In this document: piece after piece, positions 51,927 through 62,313 of the stretch | How the letters are laid out: each line of letters opens with the position of its first letter | Numbering within the stretch: position 1 is the stretch's first letter | Assembly (NCBI GenBank): GCA_965209155.1 | Contig: OZ242383.1 | Span: forward strand, 416,001-480,000 | Direction: 5' to 3' | Source: a bacterium | GTDB lineage: Bacteria; SAR324; NAC60-12 | DNA length: 64,000 bases | Program-made: the position numbers and the translations under genes | The notes under the pieces: model-generated | What the model saw: only the letters and a program-made list of their open reading frames with translations | Told to the model about the DNA's origin: nothing | Databases searched by the model: none

Positions 51927-52894
51927 ATGAGCGACACCACCAAGATCCCCTCCCCCATCCGTGAACCCAAGCGACGTGCCAGGCTGGCGGATTTCTTTTT
52001 CAGGCTTCTCAGGGAAAAACCACTGGCACTTTTGGCGGGATTATCATCTTGATCTTGATTCCGGTGGCGATCTTTGCCGATGTTCTGGCTCCTTATCGTT
52101 TTGATAAAATGCACCTGGCAGACCGGCTGCAGGGTGCATCCGTCCAGCATCTGCTGGGGACCGACCAGTTGGGCCGAGACCTCCTGAGCCGCCTGATCTT
52201 CGGGGCTCGTATTTCCTTAGTGGTGGGTCTGGCCGCAACCACGCTCAATGTTCTCGTTGCGCTCCTGATCGGGGGCACCTCCGGATTCCTTGGAGGAAAA
52301 CTGGACCTGGCGGTGCAAAGATTTGTTGATGCCTGGATGGCGTTTCCGGGACTGCTGCTCTTGTTGACGATCATGTCGGTCGTGGGGCAGGGCTTGCTCC
52401 AGATCATCGTCGTCCTGGGGATCGTCGGTGGCATTGGGGGCTCCCGTGTCGTCCGGGGTGCGGTGATCGGTATCAAAGAGAATGACTATTTTCTGGCCGC
52501 CCGGGCCGTGGGTACCCCCACGGGTCGAATCCTGACCCGCCATGTGCTGCCCAATATCATGGCACCGATCATCATCATCTTCTCCATCAACATCGGCGGC
52601 GTCATTATTGCCGAAGCGTCGCTGAGTTTCCTCGGCTTCGGGCTGCCACTGAACATTCCCAGCTGGGGTGGTCTGCTCAGCCGGGAAGGACGCACCTACA
52701 TTGAGATGGCGCCCTGGCTGGCGCTCTGGCCTGGTCTCTGCCTGACGATTGTCGTCTACTCCCTCAACATGTTCGGCGATGCCCTCAGGGACCTGCTCGA
52801 CCCCCGGCTGCGGGGCGGTGAGGGCAGTTATGGTGTCGCAGGGAAACGCAAACGAGGATTCCTCTCCCGACTGATCAACCCTTTCAATGGGTAA
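51927..52894 (+). pseudogene. Extra DppC-like permease, frameshifted near 52027
   Basis: MSDTTKIPSP... in a different frame from 52049-52894. Confidence 0.82.
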
Positions 52895-52968
52895 GTGCAC
52901 AAAACTTGTCCTCGTGAAAACGGGGAGGAGCCCGTAGTCAAACATCCATTTCAGTCAGCTATTGCATT

Positions 52969-53310
52969 CTAGGCACTGTACCTCATGTTTTTCTGGGCTT
53001 GCTTCTTCAGGATCGCTTCGTGGGCCTCGGAAGAGCCATTGTGATAGGTCCCGAACCAATGATTCAACGGCATTATGGGTTCACCGTAATTGCACTCAAA
53101 GTGACGGTGATGCAGATTGTGGAAATAACTGCTGGCACCGCCAACCCGAAGGTTCCCCTTGATAACCAGCTGCTGGAACCCGGAATGCCCTCAGGCGGGA
53201 GCGCGTTGTGTTGGGCATTCATCAGCATGTGGATGGGATGCGAGGGCACGATCCAGTGAATCAGCACACTGCTGAAGACAATCAGGTGCTCAATGGGATG
53301 CATGGCTAGA
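52969..53310 (-). pseudogene. 3' fragment of a sterol desaturase / fatty acid hydroxylase family gene
   Basis: MHPIEHLI..LIHWIVPSHPIH then, in a shifted frame, YFHNLHHRHFECNYG...WFGTYH. Confidence 0.75.
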
Positions 53311-53397
53311 AGAGAAACTTCCGCTTTCCCGTCGCCAGCCACTCGGCGTTGTATTTGTACTGTCGCTCCTGGTACTTGCACGACCAGAGGCGGAGAC

Positions 53398-53530
53398 TGT
53401 CAACTTATTCGAGGGGGCAGAATCCCAACAGCGATCTCGACTGAATTGATAACTTTACCAGCAAGTATAAAATGTTGAAGGAACTGTAATTTGCGTGGGG
53501 TTCTACTCCACCTCAAGCGTCTTGTTCGGC
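53398..53530 (-). other. Imperfect attC-like site after a small truncated gene (about 53513-53700, minus)
   Basis: GCCGAAC aagacgc TTGAGGtggagtagaacccca ... tgggattctgccCCCTCGA ataa GTTGACA. Confidence 0.5.
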
Positions 53531-53913
53531 TTGTTTTCTTCGGAGTTCCATCGCCTTGTGGCTAATTTCTTCAATACTTTGGCCTTCCCACAAATTTCTT
53601 TGCCATTCTGTGTAGTCAAATGGTTCTCGTTGAATCAGAGCAATAAATCGTTCTGCGTCAACTTCCCCGAGAGACTTCATAAGCGCTTCAATTCCTTTCT
53701 CTAAATTGGTCAGAATAAACGATCAAAGTTGACCAATTTTAAGGAATGAATTAAAAAATGATTAAAAGAGAGCGTCGCTTCGCTCCGAGGGCGTCTTCGA
53801 AGTGACCTGATTTGATGATCAAAGATTAGCCGAATCGAAGATCGACGTGAGCGGAATACGCAATTTTACGATGATGAATTATAATTATGTGATTAAAAGA
53901 GTAGGAGAAAATT

Positions 53914-54303
53914 ATGGGGCATGTATTTACTGATATTGAACTGAGTAACCCACGTGAATCAGATCTAAAACCGATTCAGGTAAAGGCTCTTGCTGATACA
54001 GGTGCATTGATGCTCTGTATACCGGAGCATGTAGCCCTTCAATTGAAACTAAAAACAGAGTCGGAAAGAGAAGTGTCTGTTGCTGACGGACGAAAAATGA
54101 GTGTTCCTTATGTAGGCCCAATTAAAGTAAGTTTCAAAAACCGTATATGTTTTGTCGGGGCGCTGGTTCTAGGAGATGAGGTTCTGTTAGGTGTGGTTCC
54201 TATGGAAGATATGGATTTGGTGATATCTCCTGGTCGTAAAGAAGTAACCGTCGATCCGTCAAGTCCTAATATTCCTCACGCACGTGTAAAATCGCTAGCA
54301 TGA
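53914..54303 (+). CDS. Clan AA aspartic protease (retropepsin-like)
   Basis: ALADTGA, VLLG..PMEDMD. Confidence 0.85.
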   Translation: MGHVFTDIELSNPRESDLKPIQVKALADTGALMLCIPEHVALQLKLKTESEREVSVADGRKMSVPYVGPIKVSFKNRICFVGALVLGDEVLLGVVPMEDMDLVISPGRKEVTVDPSSPNIPHARVKSLA

Positions 54304-54553
54304 CGTTTGATCTCCTATTATGGCAAACTCCGCCTTGACATCTTTCCTTAATTCTCCATATCTTTGATAAAGTTGGTCATTTTGACAACGTGTTCTAAAA
54401 TTGAATGAATGCTCGGGAGCCTCATTAGAAAAGTAGAGCAAAAATAAAAAAACTTCTGTGCCTGATGACTTTGTGCCTTTGCTCCTTTGTGCCTTCTCAA
54501 CTCAATCGCTCCTAAGCAAGCTCAAGCAACTTTTTGCGAAAGCTGCTTATTTT

Positions 54554-54847
54554 GAGTGCGCATCACTCCTTGAAATGATGCGCTCTGCATCCCATGCTTT
54601 TCGTTCCGGGAAGGGCAGGATGGCCCAGTATTTTCAAGGACTGACACAGAGAAGAGCGAGGATCAAGTCCAGGATGAGACAAGCACTCGCCACTGAGGAG
54701 TTAAGATGAGTAAAAAAATCGATTGACCTTCTCTAAATTTTTTTATATTGTGCTGGAAGGATGCCTTTGCTATTCTGGGAGCGAAAGTCATATTTTAGAC
54801 ACGTTTTGAAATATCGTCAGATGGATAGGATACTGAAGGGGATAATT
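54554..54847 (+). repeat. Orphan partial copy of the leader's left end
   Basis: Matches 57329-57548 and 38438-38555. Confidence 0.8.
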
Positions 54848-54858
54848 AAATAATTACT

Positions 54859-55146
54859 CTAAATTTCGACCGAAGTGGCGTGGTGGGTGGCGGCTCGACC
54901 GTCTTGTTGGGCAATGCTCTCTAAATACAGTGTATCTGGACAAAAATCTTGTCCACCTTCCCATCGAATACTTCCTAAAAAAGGTTTTACTGAATCGAAT
55001 TTCTTAAGATTTTTAAGGTCTTTAAAAATCCCTTTATCCAAATAAGGTCGCACATCAAAAACCTTCTTTTCGCCATTATCAAATGTAAGATTGATCGTGA
55101 AATCCGGATTTGCTGAGACTTCTTTAACTCTTGGGTTCATCATCAT
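54859..55146 (-). CDS. DUF2442 protein; tail reads into half an attC-like site (GCCCAAC aagacgg TCGAGCCG)
   Basis: LTFDNGEKKVFD, W.GGQDFCPDTLY. Confidence 0.85.
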   Translation of the reverse strand: MMMNPRVKEVSANPDFTINLTFDNGEKKVFDVRPYLDKGIFKDLKNLKKFDSVKPFLGSIRWEGGQDFCPDTLYLESIAQQDGRAATHHATSVEI

Positions 55147-55149
55147 TCC

Positions 55150-55422
55150 TTATTTAAGAGGATCTATTTTAAAAATTGCTTCTCCATTTATAGCAAGTTT
55201 CCAGTCAGCCATCAATTCATCTCGATGTATTTCAATCCATGCCTGAACCAGTTTCAATTTGTTAGATCTCAATTCGCCTTCAATCAGTTCACCTTCTGGA
55301 ATTGTAAGCACCGCTTCTTGCTCTTGATATTTAATGTGGATGTGAGGCATTTTGTGCTGTCTGTTGTCGAAAAAATACATTGATATAATGATTCCATAGA
55401 ACATTGAAATGACTGCCATCAT
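55150..55422 (-). CDS. DUF4160 protein (TA-like partner of DUF2442)
   Basis: ISMFYGIII, H..PHIH, AWIEIHRDELMADW, IDPL. Confidence 0.88.
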   Translation of the reverse strand: MMAVISMFYGIIISMYFFDNRQHKMPHIHIKYQEQEAVLTIPEGELIEGELRSNKLKLVQAWIEIHRDELMADWKLAINGEAIFKIDPLK

Positions 55423-55463
55423 TTTCTCCTGAATATTTCTTCTGACTACTGATTCGAGATGCC

Positions 55464-56139
55464 GACGCGGTAGGAATGCCAGTTACCCGGCACCCCCCGC
55501 ACAGATCCCCGCATGAAGTTTTCCCTCACGGGGCTCTTCGGTTGTACTCGCTTCCGCTCAGCGTCTTTCTAAAACAACAGTTTGCAGACGTTTCTTTTCC
55601 GTGATCTTCGGCAACACCTTGTTCACATATTTGAGCATCTGTTTGAACCCTTCCCCATTATAACTGCGTCGTTGAGATCGACGATTCAGCCATTTGAAGC
55701 AGAGACTCCCCACATGCCTGTGAAAATGCAAGAGCGAATCGAAATTCCCTCGCACGCCATAGTCTAAGGTGGACCCCGGTGGCCCTTCACATCCTCGCCA
55801 TTGACGGATGCTCTTGTGTTGGCTTCGGCATTCGTTAACACCCTCGCCGACCACGACTACTTGTTTCGAGGCTGTATCAACTTTCAGGAGGAGGCTCTCC
55901 CTACGGCCTGCAAGTTTCTCTGTGTACGCTTCGTGTATCTTGTTCGGATAACCGGTGCCTCTCATGGTGGATTGTCGATCGAGCCGACTCCCAATGTCCT
56001 TTGAGTATCTGGGTGATACCCACAAGATTTCCCAGTAGAGCCTCCGCCATACACGCAACACTCGATACGGGTGACTGGCTAGGTCTTACCCGACGGGGAC
56101 TTGCACCCCGCAAGATGCGCCAAGCTTCGCTTGGCGCGC
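55464..56139 (-). mobile_element. Internally deleted group II intron (IIB-type domain V; maturase tail of class E/F type)
   Basis: D5 GAGCCCCGTGAGGGAAAACTTCATGCGGGGATCT (55536-55503), D6 GCCGGGTAACTGGCATTCCTAC, 5' GCGCGCC...GGGGTGCAAGTCCCC, maturase remnant YGVRGN...KWLNRRSQRRSY. Confidence 0.85.
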
Positions 56140-56228
56140 TAACGCAAAGGTCACTTGCGCCCACCCGACTGCCACAAAACTTCATGAAAAGCGCAGGGGT
56201 GGGCGTCAAGTGAACCGCCTGGTTGGCA
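56137..56228 (-). other. attC-like site downstream of the Rpn gene
   Basis: TGCCAAC caggcgg TTCACTTGacgcccaccc ... gggtgggcgCAAGTGA cctttgc GTTA; unpaired bases in the left arm. Confidence 0.78.
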
Positions 56229-56284
56229 CTTTTTTCTTGAATTATTGTATGTGTGCTCGCCATGAGAAACTAAGGAAAGACCGT

Positions 56285-57154
56285 TTATTCATCCGGATCA
56301 ATTCCTGCTTTTTTCAAGATTTCCATGAGCCTTTCTTTCTCAGCTCTTTCCTTTTCTTCTCTCCTCAGAGTGTCTTCCTTCTCTCTCACCGCCTCTTCCT
56401 CTCTCCGCAAGGCTTCTTCCTTGTCTCGCAAGGCTTCTCCCTCTCTCCGCAAGGCATCTTCTAAAAGTTGTTGCCTTGTTTGTTCTTCACGGATGGCATT
56501 TTGACGAGCTTGGTATAAGTGATAATCAGCTTCTTTGTCAGAAAATCTCTTTAGGACTGCCATAGCTTGCCTCATTTCAGGGGTGTTGAGAATTTCGGGT
56601 AATTCCTTCCAGTTCTCGGCTTCTTTAAAAAAGTAAAGCCAGTAATCTTCAGCGTTCAATGCCTCGGAATATCGCCATTTTTCCAATTCCAAAACATGGA
56701 TGGAACAATGCTCCGACAAACGTTTTTCGTTCGCTTGATCCACCAGTTGGAAGTGATGATGAAAGGTCGGACTTTCAGAAAACAGATTTTCAGTCAACAT
56801 CCAAATGGAGATCACCGGACGTAATTCTGAGAATGGCTCCCCGCTTTGTAACTGGGATTGATAGATGTCACTCCACGTGTAGAGCATCCTCTCCGGCAAA
56901 TAAGAAAAAACTGCCAATTGAATTTCGACCTGATAGGTCCTTCCCTGTTCATCTCTGGCTTTCACATCGACAATCGTCAACTTGTCCGAATAAAACTCGC
57001 GTTCATTGTAGGGGTTGAGGATTTCGACATCCGAAATGGGAAACTGTGGTGCCAGGACAGCATTGAGGAAATCAAGCAGTAAGTTCTTATTTTCCTCTGC
57101 TCCCAAAATGGCCTTGTAGACACAATCGACTGTCGGAGATATGCGATGTTTCAC
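56285..57154 (-). CDS. Rpn-family PD-(D/E)XK recombination-promoting nuclease / putative transposase
   Basis: PTVDCVYKAILG, DKLTIVDVKA, VEIQ, ERMLY; EEALRR repeats; GTG start with gaggag RBS. Confidence 0.88.
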   Translation of the reverse strand: MKHRISPTVDCVYKAILGAEENKNLLLDFLNAVLAPQFPISDVEILNPYNEREFYSDKLTIVDVKARDEQGRTYQVEIQLAVFSYLPERMLYTWSDIYQSQLQSGEPFSELRPVISIWMLTENLFSESPTFHHHFQLVDQANEKRLSEHCSIHVLELEKWRYSEALNAEDYWLYFFKEAENWKELPEILNTPEMRQAMAVLKRFSDKEADYHLYQARQNAIREEQTRQQLLEDALRREGEALRDKEEALRREEEAVREKEDTLRREEKERAEKERLMEILKKAGIDPDE

Positions 57155-57328
57155 CAGGATACTCCTCAAAGAAGGGAGCAAGAAAGTCCTTGTTTTCAAT
57201 CAGTATATCAAAGCGTTTGGGCAACAGCGAGACTTATTTGTTGTCCCTATGTCTCGAGGAAAGTTTTAAGCATCGTAGAACTGAAAGAGTTTTCCCAGTT
57301 ATCTCAGCGGACCATCGAAACGCGTGCC

Positions 57329-58605
57329 GAGTACGCATCAGTCCTTGAAATGATTCACTCTGAATCCCATGCTTTTCGTTCCAGGAAGGGCAGGATTGCC
57401 CAGTATTTTCAAGGACTGACACAGAGAGCAGCGAGGATCAAGTCCAGGATGACACCAGCACTCGCTACTGAGGAATCAAGGTGAGCAAAAAAAAATCGAT
57501 TGAACTCCTCTGAATATTGTTATATAGAGAGGATACTGAAGGGGATAATGAAATCTACCAGGATTTTGCCATCATCGTTCTTTTGTGATAGTTTTCAAGA
57601 AATCGTCTTTATGGCTGCTGGTCTTTCGTTTTCTTTTGTGATCGTTTTCAACGAAATCGCCTTGGGCTGAAGATTTTTAAGAATTTCGACTTGTTTTTCG
57701 TTTTCTTATTTGATAGATTTCAAGAAATTGCCTTGGGCTGAAAGTTTTATTTCTATTTCGCTCCTGTTGATTGAGCCGAAAGTCATCTAAAACCTCATCT
57801 CCTCACCAGAGGATTTTTAGAAACGGTCAATGGGGAATGGAAAAGTGCTAAAAATGTTGACTTGTGGATCTCAATATGAAAAAAACAGTTTCGTTGATCA
57901 TCAGAAGACACTCATGAATGAGTCGCCCTGTTCAAAAAAACCTTGATACATTTGCAGAGCGATTATACTATTTCCAGGTATGAGAAAAATTTGCTTTAAA
58001 TGACTAAATCGGATCCGTCTTAAAAAATATGTTGATTTTTTTCTGGATATAAAATATTTTCCTTAAAGAGTCGCTGTCGCGAAATGGCTTTTCGCTGTCA
58101 GCTATCAATCAGGATGACATGAAAGTCTGAAATTAAACCGTTTCAAGTATAAAAATTTCTTGACAAAAGGTTAATATGAGAGTATCATTCAATCACCCGG
58201 CACCCGGCACCCGGCACCCGGCACCCGGCACCCGGCACCCCAAATTCTAAGCTCCCAGTTCCCAGTTCCCACGTTCTAAATCCCAAGTCCCCAGTTCATT
58301 GGGTTGTCCCCCCTTATCTCATCTCGACTTCAGGGAGAGATCCTTGAATTACCCCCCAGTTCATTTCAGCAAATGGAAATGCCTCGAGAGAATTGAAAGC
58401 TCATAGTTCATTGCCCCATCCTGGAGCCAATGAATCGTTTTTTTGATCACTCCAAAATGAAGGAGACCCAATGTGTAGAGAAAACGTCGAGAACGTGCTT
58501 TCGGGAACGAAAGCAGGTTTTAAAGCAATCCTAAATCTTGTTTTTAATCAAAAAGCAGAAAGGAAAAAGATGGAAAATCAAAAAAGCAAATCAACCTTCA
58601 GTGCA
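57329..58605 (+). repeat. Conserved leader copy, unit 5 (longest), with (CACCCGG)6 at 58194-58235
   Basis: Direct comparison. Confidence 0.92.
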
Positions 58606-60348
58606 ATCCTGATGTCCCTCACCCTGGGGGTGACAGTTTTCCTTGCCGGTCCGGCTGCCGCTCAGAAGTATGTGACGGATCCCACCACTGGAAAAGTAGT
58701 GACTGCACCTGAGTATGGCGGGACCGTCACCTTCGCGCTGGCACTGGAACCGGATAACGCCGACACCGGGTTCCATCACTACCCTGCGATAGTCGCCTCC
58801 GGCGTTGTAGAGAGGCTCGGCATCGCGGACTGGGCAGTCGAACGGGACGTGTTCGACTTCAGAACATCGTACATACCCGCAGAGATCCTCAGAGGCCAAC
58901 TGGCCGAGAGATGGGAGACCCCAGACCCTCTGACGTATATCTTCCACATCCGCCAGGGTGTTCACTGGCATGCCAAGGCACCGTTGAAAAGTCGGGCGCT
59001 GACCGCCAAGGACGTCGAGTACAACTTTCACCGTCACCTGGGCCTGGGCAGTGGTTTCACCGAGAAGAGTGAAGGAGCCGCGGTAAGCGGGGTGATCGAC
59101 GACCTTGGCATCGAATCGGTAACCGCCGAAGGATCGACCGTCGTCTTTCGACTGGCTAAGCTGAACTTCGATGCCCTCAAGGGTATTTTTATCGACGGCA
59201 TCACCTATGTATATCCGCCCGAGGTAATCGAGGCCCACGGCGCTGTGACGGACTGGCGCAACCTGGTCGGCACCGGACCGCTGATGCTGACTGACTGGAC
59301 CGAGGGCAGCTCTATCAGCTGGGAAAAGAATCCCGACTACTGGGGCTTCGACGAAAAGTATCCTCAGAACCGCTTACCGTACATAGACAAGTTGCGGGCT
59401 CTGGTCATGCCGGAATCGGCGACACAACTGGCGGCGTTGCGCTCGGGTCGTGTCGAGGTCATCGGCAATTTAGGTGCCTCGCAGATCCGCACCATCGACC
59501 AGGCAGAGAGCCTCAAGCGAACGAACCCCGATATCGTGCTGTCGGCCTCCTCGTTCCGTTCGGAGACGTCATTCGGTCTGAACCAGAGAAAGACACCGAT
59601 GAACGACATCCGGGTGCGCCATGCGCTGCAGCTGGCGCTCGACCTGGAGACGATCAACAAAACCTACTGGCAGGGCTGGGCGGACATCACACCGCAGGAA
59701 TTCCTCGGGCCCGCTATGCTCGGCTATGCCACCCCATTCGAAGAGTGGCCGGAGGAGATCAAGAGGAACTACACCTATGATCCACAGAGGGCCGAGCGCC
59801 TGCTCGATGAAGCCGGTTATCCGCGCGGCTCGGATGGCATTCGATTCTCGACCACACTCGAGCCGATCGCTTCTTGGGATCATAGCTTCTTCGAATTGGC
59901 TATCGAGTTCTTCGGTAGAATTGGCGTGGAGGTCAAGATGATCAATACGGATGGGACCAATTGGAGTGCTCGTGTTCGTGAGCACAAATACGACGGTCTG
60001 ATCAGCTACATCGCAGGCTTCGAGCTCAACCCCCTCATGCTGCTACAGTTTGTCTCGACCAACGAGTGGAACCCTACTGGCGCGCAGGACCCCGAGATGG
60101 ACCGTTTGTGGGCAGCGACGCAAGAGGCCACCACCCTCGAGGAGTACCAGCGGCGGGTCAGAGAGGCAAATCAGTATGCCACGGCACAGCACTGGATCCT
60201 GTGGGGTGGGAGGGTCCCGCAGTTTTCGGCCTACCAGCCGTGGCTCAAAGGCTATAACGGGGAAACCACCTTGGGGGGCATGGACGGTAACATGATATTC
60301 TCCCGCCTCTGGATTGACCAGGAGCTGAAGAAGGAAATGGGATTTTAG
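58471..60348 (+). CDS. Family-5 ABC SBP, unit 5; signal-peptide start 58570; no permeases follow
   Basis: Family motifs. Confidence 0.92.
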   Translation: MCRENVENVLSGTKAGFKAILNLVFNQKAERKKMENQKSKSTFSAILMSLTLGVTVFLAGPAAAQKYVTDPTTGKVVTAPEYGGTVTFALALEPDNADTGFHHYPAIVASGVVERLGIADWAVERDVFDFRTSYIPAEILRGQLAERWETPDPLTYIFHIRQGVHWHAKAPLKSRALTAKDVEYNFHRHLGLGSGFTEKSEGAAVSGVIDDLGIESVTAEGSTVVFRLAKLNFDALKGIFIDGITYVYPPEVIEAHGAVTDWRNLVGTGPLMLTDWTEGSSISWEKNPDYWGFDEKYPQNRLPYIDKLRALVMPESATQLAALRSGRVEVIGNLGASQIRTIDQAESLKRTNPDIVLSASSFRSETSFGLNQRKTPMNDIRVRHALQLALDLETINKTYWQGWADITPQEFLGPAMLGYATPFEEWPEEIKRNYTYDPQRAERLLDEAGYPRGSDGIRFSTTLEPIASWDHSFFELAIEFFGRIGVEVKMINTDGTNWSARVREHKYDGLISYIAGFELNPLMLLQFVSTNEWNPTGAQDPEMDRLWAATQEATTLEEYQRRVREANQYATAQHWILWGGRVPQFSAYQPWLKGYNGETTLGGMDGNMIFSRLWIDQELKKEMGF

Positions 60349-60665
60349 TCGGGGATGGGTTGCTTGGAGAAACAAACCGCCAGCTGCACTTCGCATAGCC
60401 GGCGGTCGCATGGAAGGGCAACCTCCACTCCAAGCTCTCTTTTCCCCAAGGCCAGCGGATTGATGCGTAATTAAGGTAGTTCCCATTCGACCTGAAAAGA
60501 ATGTTCCCTTCAGCAATTGAACATTTCTTCTCTTGTCCAGGAGATCTTGCCCACTTGAGCAGCGCGGCAAGATCGGTGGAGCGAAACCCGGTTCGTGCTG
60601 GAATCGGCCCCCACGCTAAAGATTTCATATTTACTCCTTTCATTAAGTTGAGTTTTTGCTTATGC

Positions 60666-61060
60666 TCAAATCCCCATGTCTTTCAGGTTGTAGTTTTTCA
60701 AAAGGTGCTCGCGTGTGAAATCGTTCCAGCGGAGGGAATCCAGCTCGTCGGCCAGCGGCTGGTAATGGTAGCGCGGTTCATGGGGAAAACACTGGTGACG
60801 GGCATCGATGGCCAGAGCGATGATGCGGGAGCGTTCATGAATCCGCGCCTCGTCGTAGGGTTCGGTATCCCTTCCCTTTACGCTCAGAAGGGAAGCCCGG
60901 CGGTGACAGCCAAACTGGTAAGTCGCCCGCATGACCGGTGAGGGGTTGGCAAGGGAGCCATGCAACACCTGGCGGTTCATGATCACCACATCGCCCGGTT
61001 GACACAGCATCGGGACGGCCCCTGGGAGACGGTCCGAACCCCCATTGGCCTGGATCCGGG
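60666..61060 (-). pseudogene. 3' fragment of a phytanoyl-CoA dioxygenase (PhyH)-like gene
   Basis: AVPMLCQPGDVVI....LHGSLAN.S...R motif; no N-terminal half. Confidence 0.75.
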
Positions 61061-61160
61061 CCAGGATAGGGTTGCGCTACGCTCCACCCCATGCTGTGAT
61101 GAGATGCTCCGTTGGAGCATATACGGTCCTGCCATTACTCATGAATGGAAATACCTTGAG

Positions 61161-61282
61161 GCACAACGCAAAGATCAGCCGTTTCCCACCAAACTCCTGA
61201 CTGATGTAATAAATTTTGAGTTTACCGAAAACCTTGAATCGAAGCGGTTGTGGTGGGAATCGGCTGCATCGTCTTGTTAGCG
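61161..61282 (-). other. attC-like site downstream of the VapBC pair
   Basis: CGCTAAC aagacga TGCAGCCGattcccacca ... tggtgggaaaCGGCTGA tctttgc GTTGTGC. Confidence 0.8.
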
Positions 61283-61594
61283 AACGGCGCTCTCGCCACT
61301 CCCTTGGCTGGTGCAATCGTATCGGTATATGTTTGCTAAAGTGCAAAAAATCTTGATCCGTTGTAAAAATCGATAGGTTATGCCGTTCGGCGATTGCACA
61401 TATCAAAAAATCTGTATTAGACCCCTGAACTCCTTTTCGGCGATTTATAATGAAGAAGTCAGCAGCAAGTTCATAATCGGCTACCGCCAGCGATAAATGA
61501 TGAGTTCTTGAAGTTCCTTCACATTCTCATCTTCAACAGGCTTATGCCTTCTCAAAGAAAGCGACCAAATGCTAGTATCCACCAAAATTTTCAT
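61277..61594 (-). pseudogene. VapC PIN toxin with an internal deletion
   Basis: MKILVDTSIWSLSLRR ... TDFLICAIA..IFTTDQDF; middle missing, frame broken. Confidence 0.8.
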
Positions 61595-61809
61595 AATTTG
61601 TTTCGTTGTGCTTTATAATCAAAGTCGGGAGCATAATCAACGGTCCCAAATAGCTCTAGTATTTGATACTGTTTACGACGTTGTATATACTCCTCTAGAG
61701 CTTCGGTGACTACAGCCTTTTTAGTCCGATGCCCTCCGATTGTTAAAGCTTCCTGGATTAACTGATCATCCAAGGCGAGATTTGTGGCCATATTCTTCCT
61801 TTCACACAT
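61591..61809 (-). CDS. VapB-type antitoxin (DUF2191-like)
   Basis: MATNLALDDQLIQEA...TKKAVVTEALEEYIQRRKQ. Confidence 0.85.
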   Translation of the reverse strand: MCERKNMATNLALDDQLIQEALTIGGHRTKKAVVTEALEEYIQRRKQYQILELFGTVDYAPDFDYKAQRNKL

Positions 61810-61873
61810 TCTTTTGTATTTATCTATGTGTAGCTTAGGTTGTAAGAATTTGCAAGATAAGGATTATTGAGTT

Positions 61874-61998
61874 TGCCAACAATAAGTTCAGGCTTGTGTG
61901 GGGAAGGAAAACAATGGAAAAGGCAAGAACCTATAAAGCTACTGCGAAATTTTGAAAAAATGCGTACCCCCCATATAGCCTGGAAGGTTTTGTGATCT
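61874..61998 (-). other. Degenerate attC-like site between the two TA pairs
   Basis: Minus strand ..TCAC aaaacc TTCCAGGCT ... AGCCTGAA cttatt GTTGGCA; R'' has CAC for AAC. Confidence 0.55.
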
Positions 61999-62061
61999 TA
62001 TTGTTCTTGCTTAGGGCTACTTCGCCTAATTGGGCTCTTCCTTTCTTCCGGTTATCATTCA

Positions 62062-62313
62062 TCAGATAAATTGAGATATTTTAAATACCCCACAGAGTTG
62101 GAGTGTCTCTTGGTCAAATTGATAATGGAGTTGCATTCTCCCTTGAGAATCTTGATAGTCATAGAACCAATAGCGTCTCAATCGATTAGGTCTTTGTTGA
62201 CCCATCGTCGGATCCAGACTTAATTTCCAAATGATATCATCTAATATATCCTGTTGCTCATCATCCGGTTTTGAGATCTGTCGCTTGAATGTACGAGTTT
62301 TGACGACCTTCAA
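62062..62313 (-). CDS. RelE/ParE-like toxin
   Basis: TRTFKRQ..K, DPTMGQ; coupled to the upstream antitoxin. Confidence 0.65.
   Translation of the reverse strand: MKVVKTRTFKRQISKPDDEQQDILDDIIWKLSLDPTMGQQRPNRLRRYWFYDYQDSQGRMQLHYQFDQETLQLCGVFKISQFI

Noticed and set aside
55558..56061. 167-aa ORF as an intact gene
   Set aside because: Chimera of intron RNA sequence and the maturase tail across the internal deletion.
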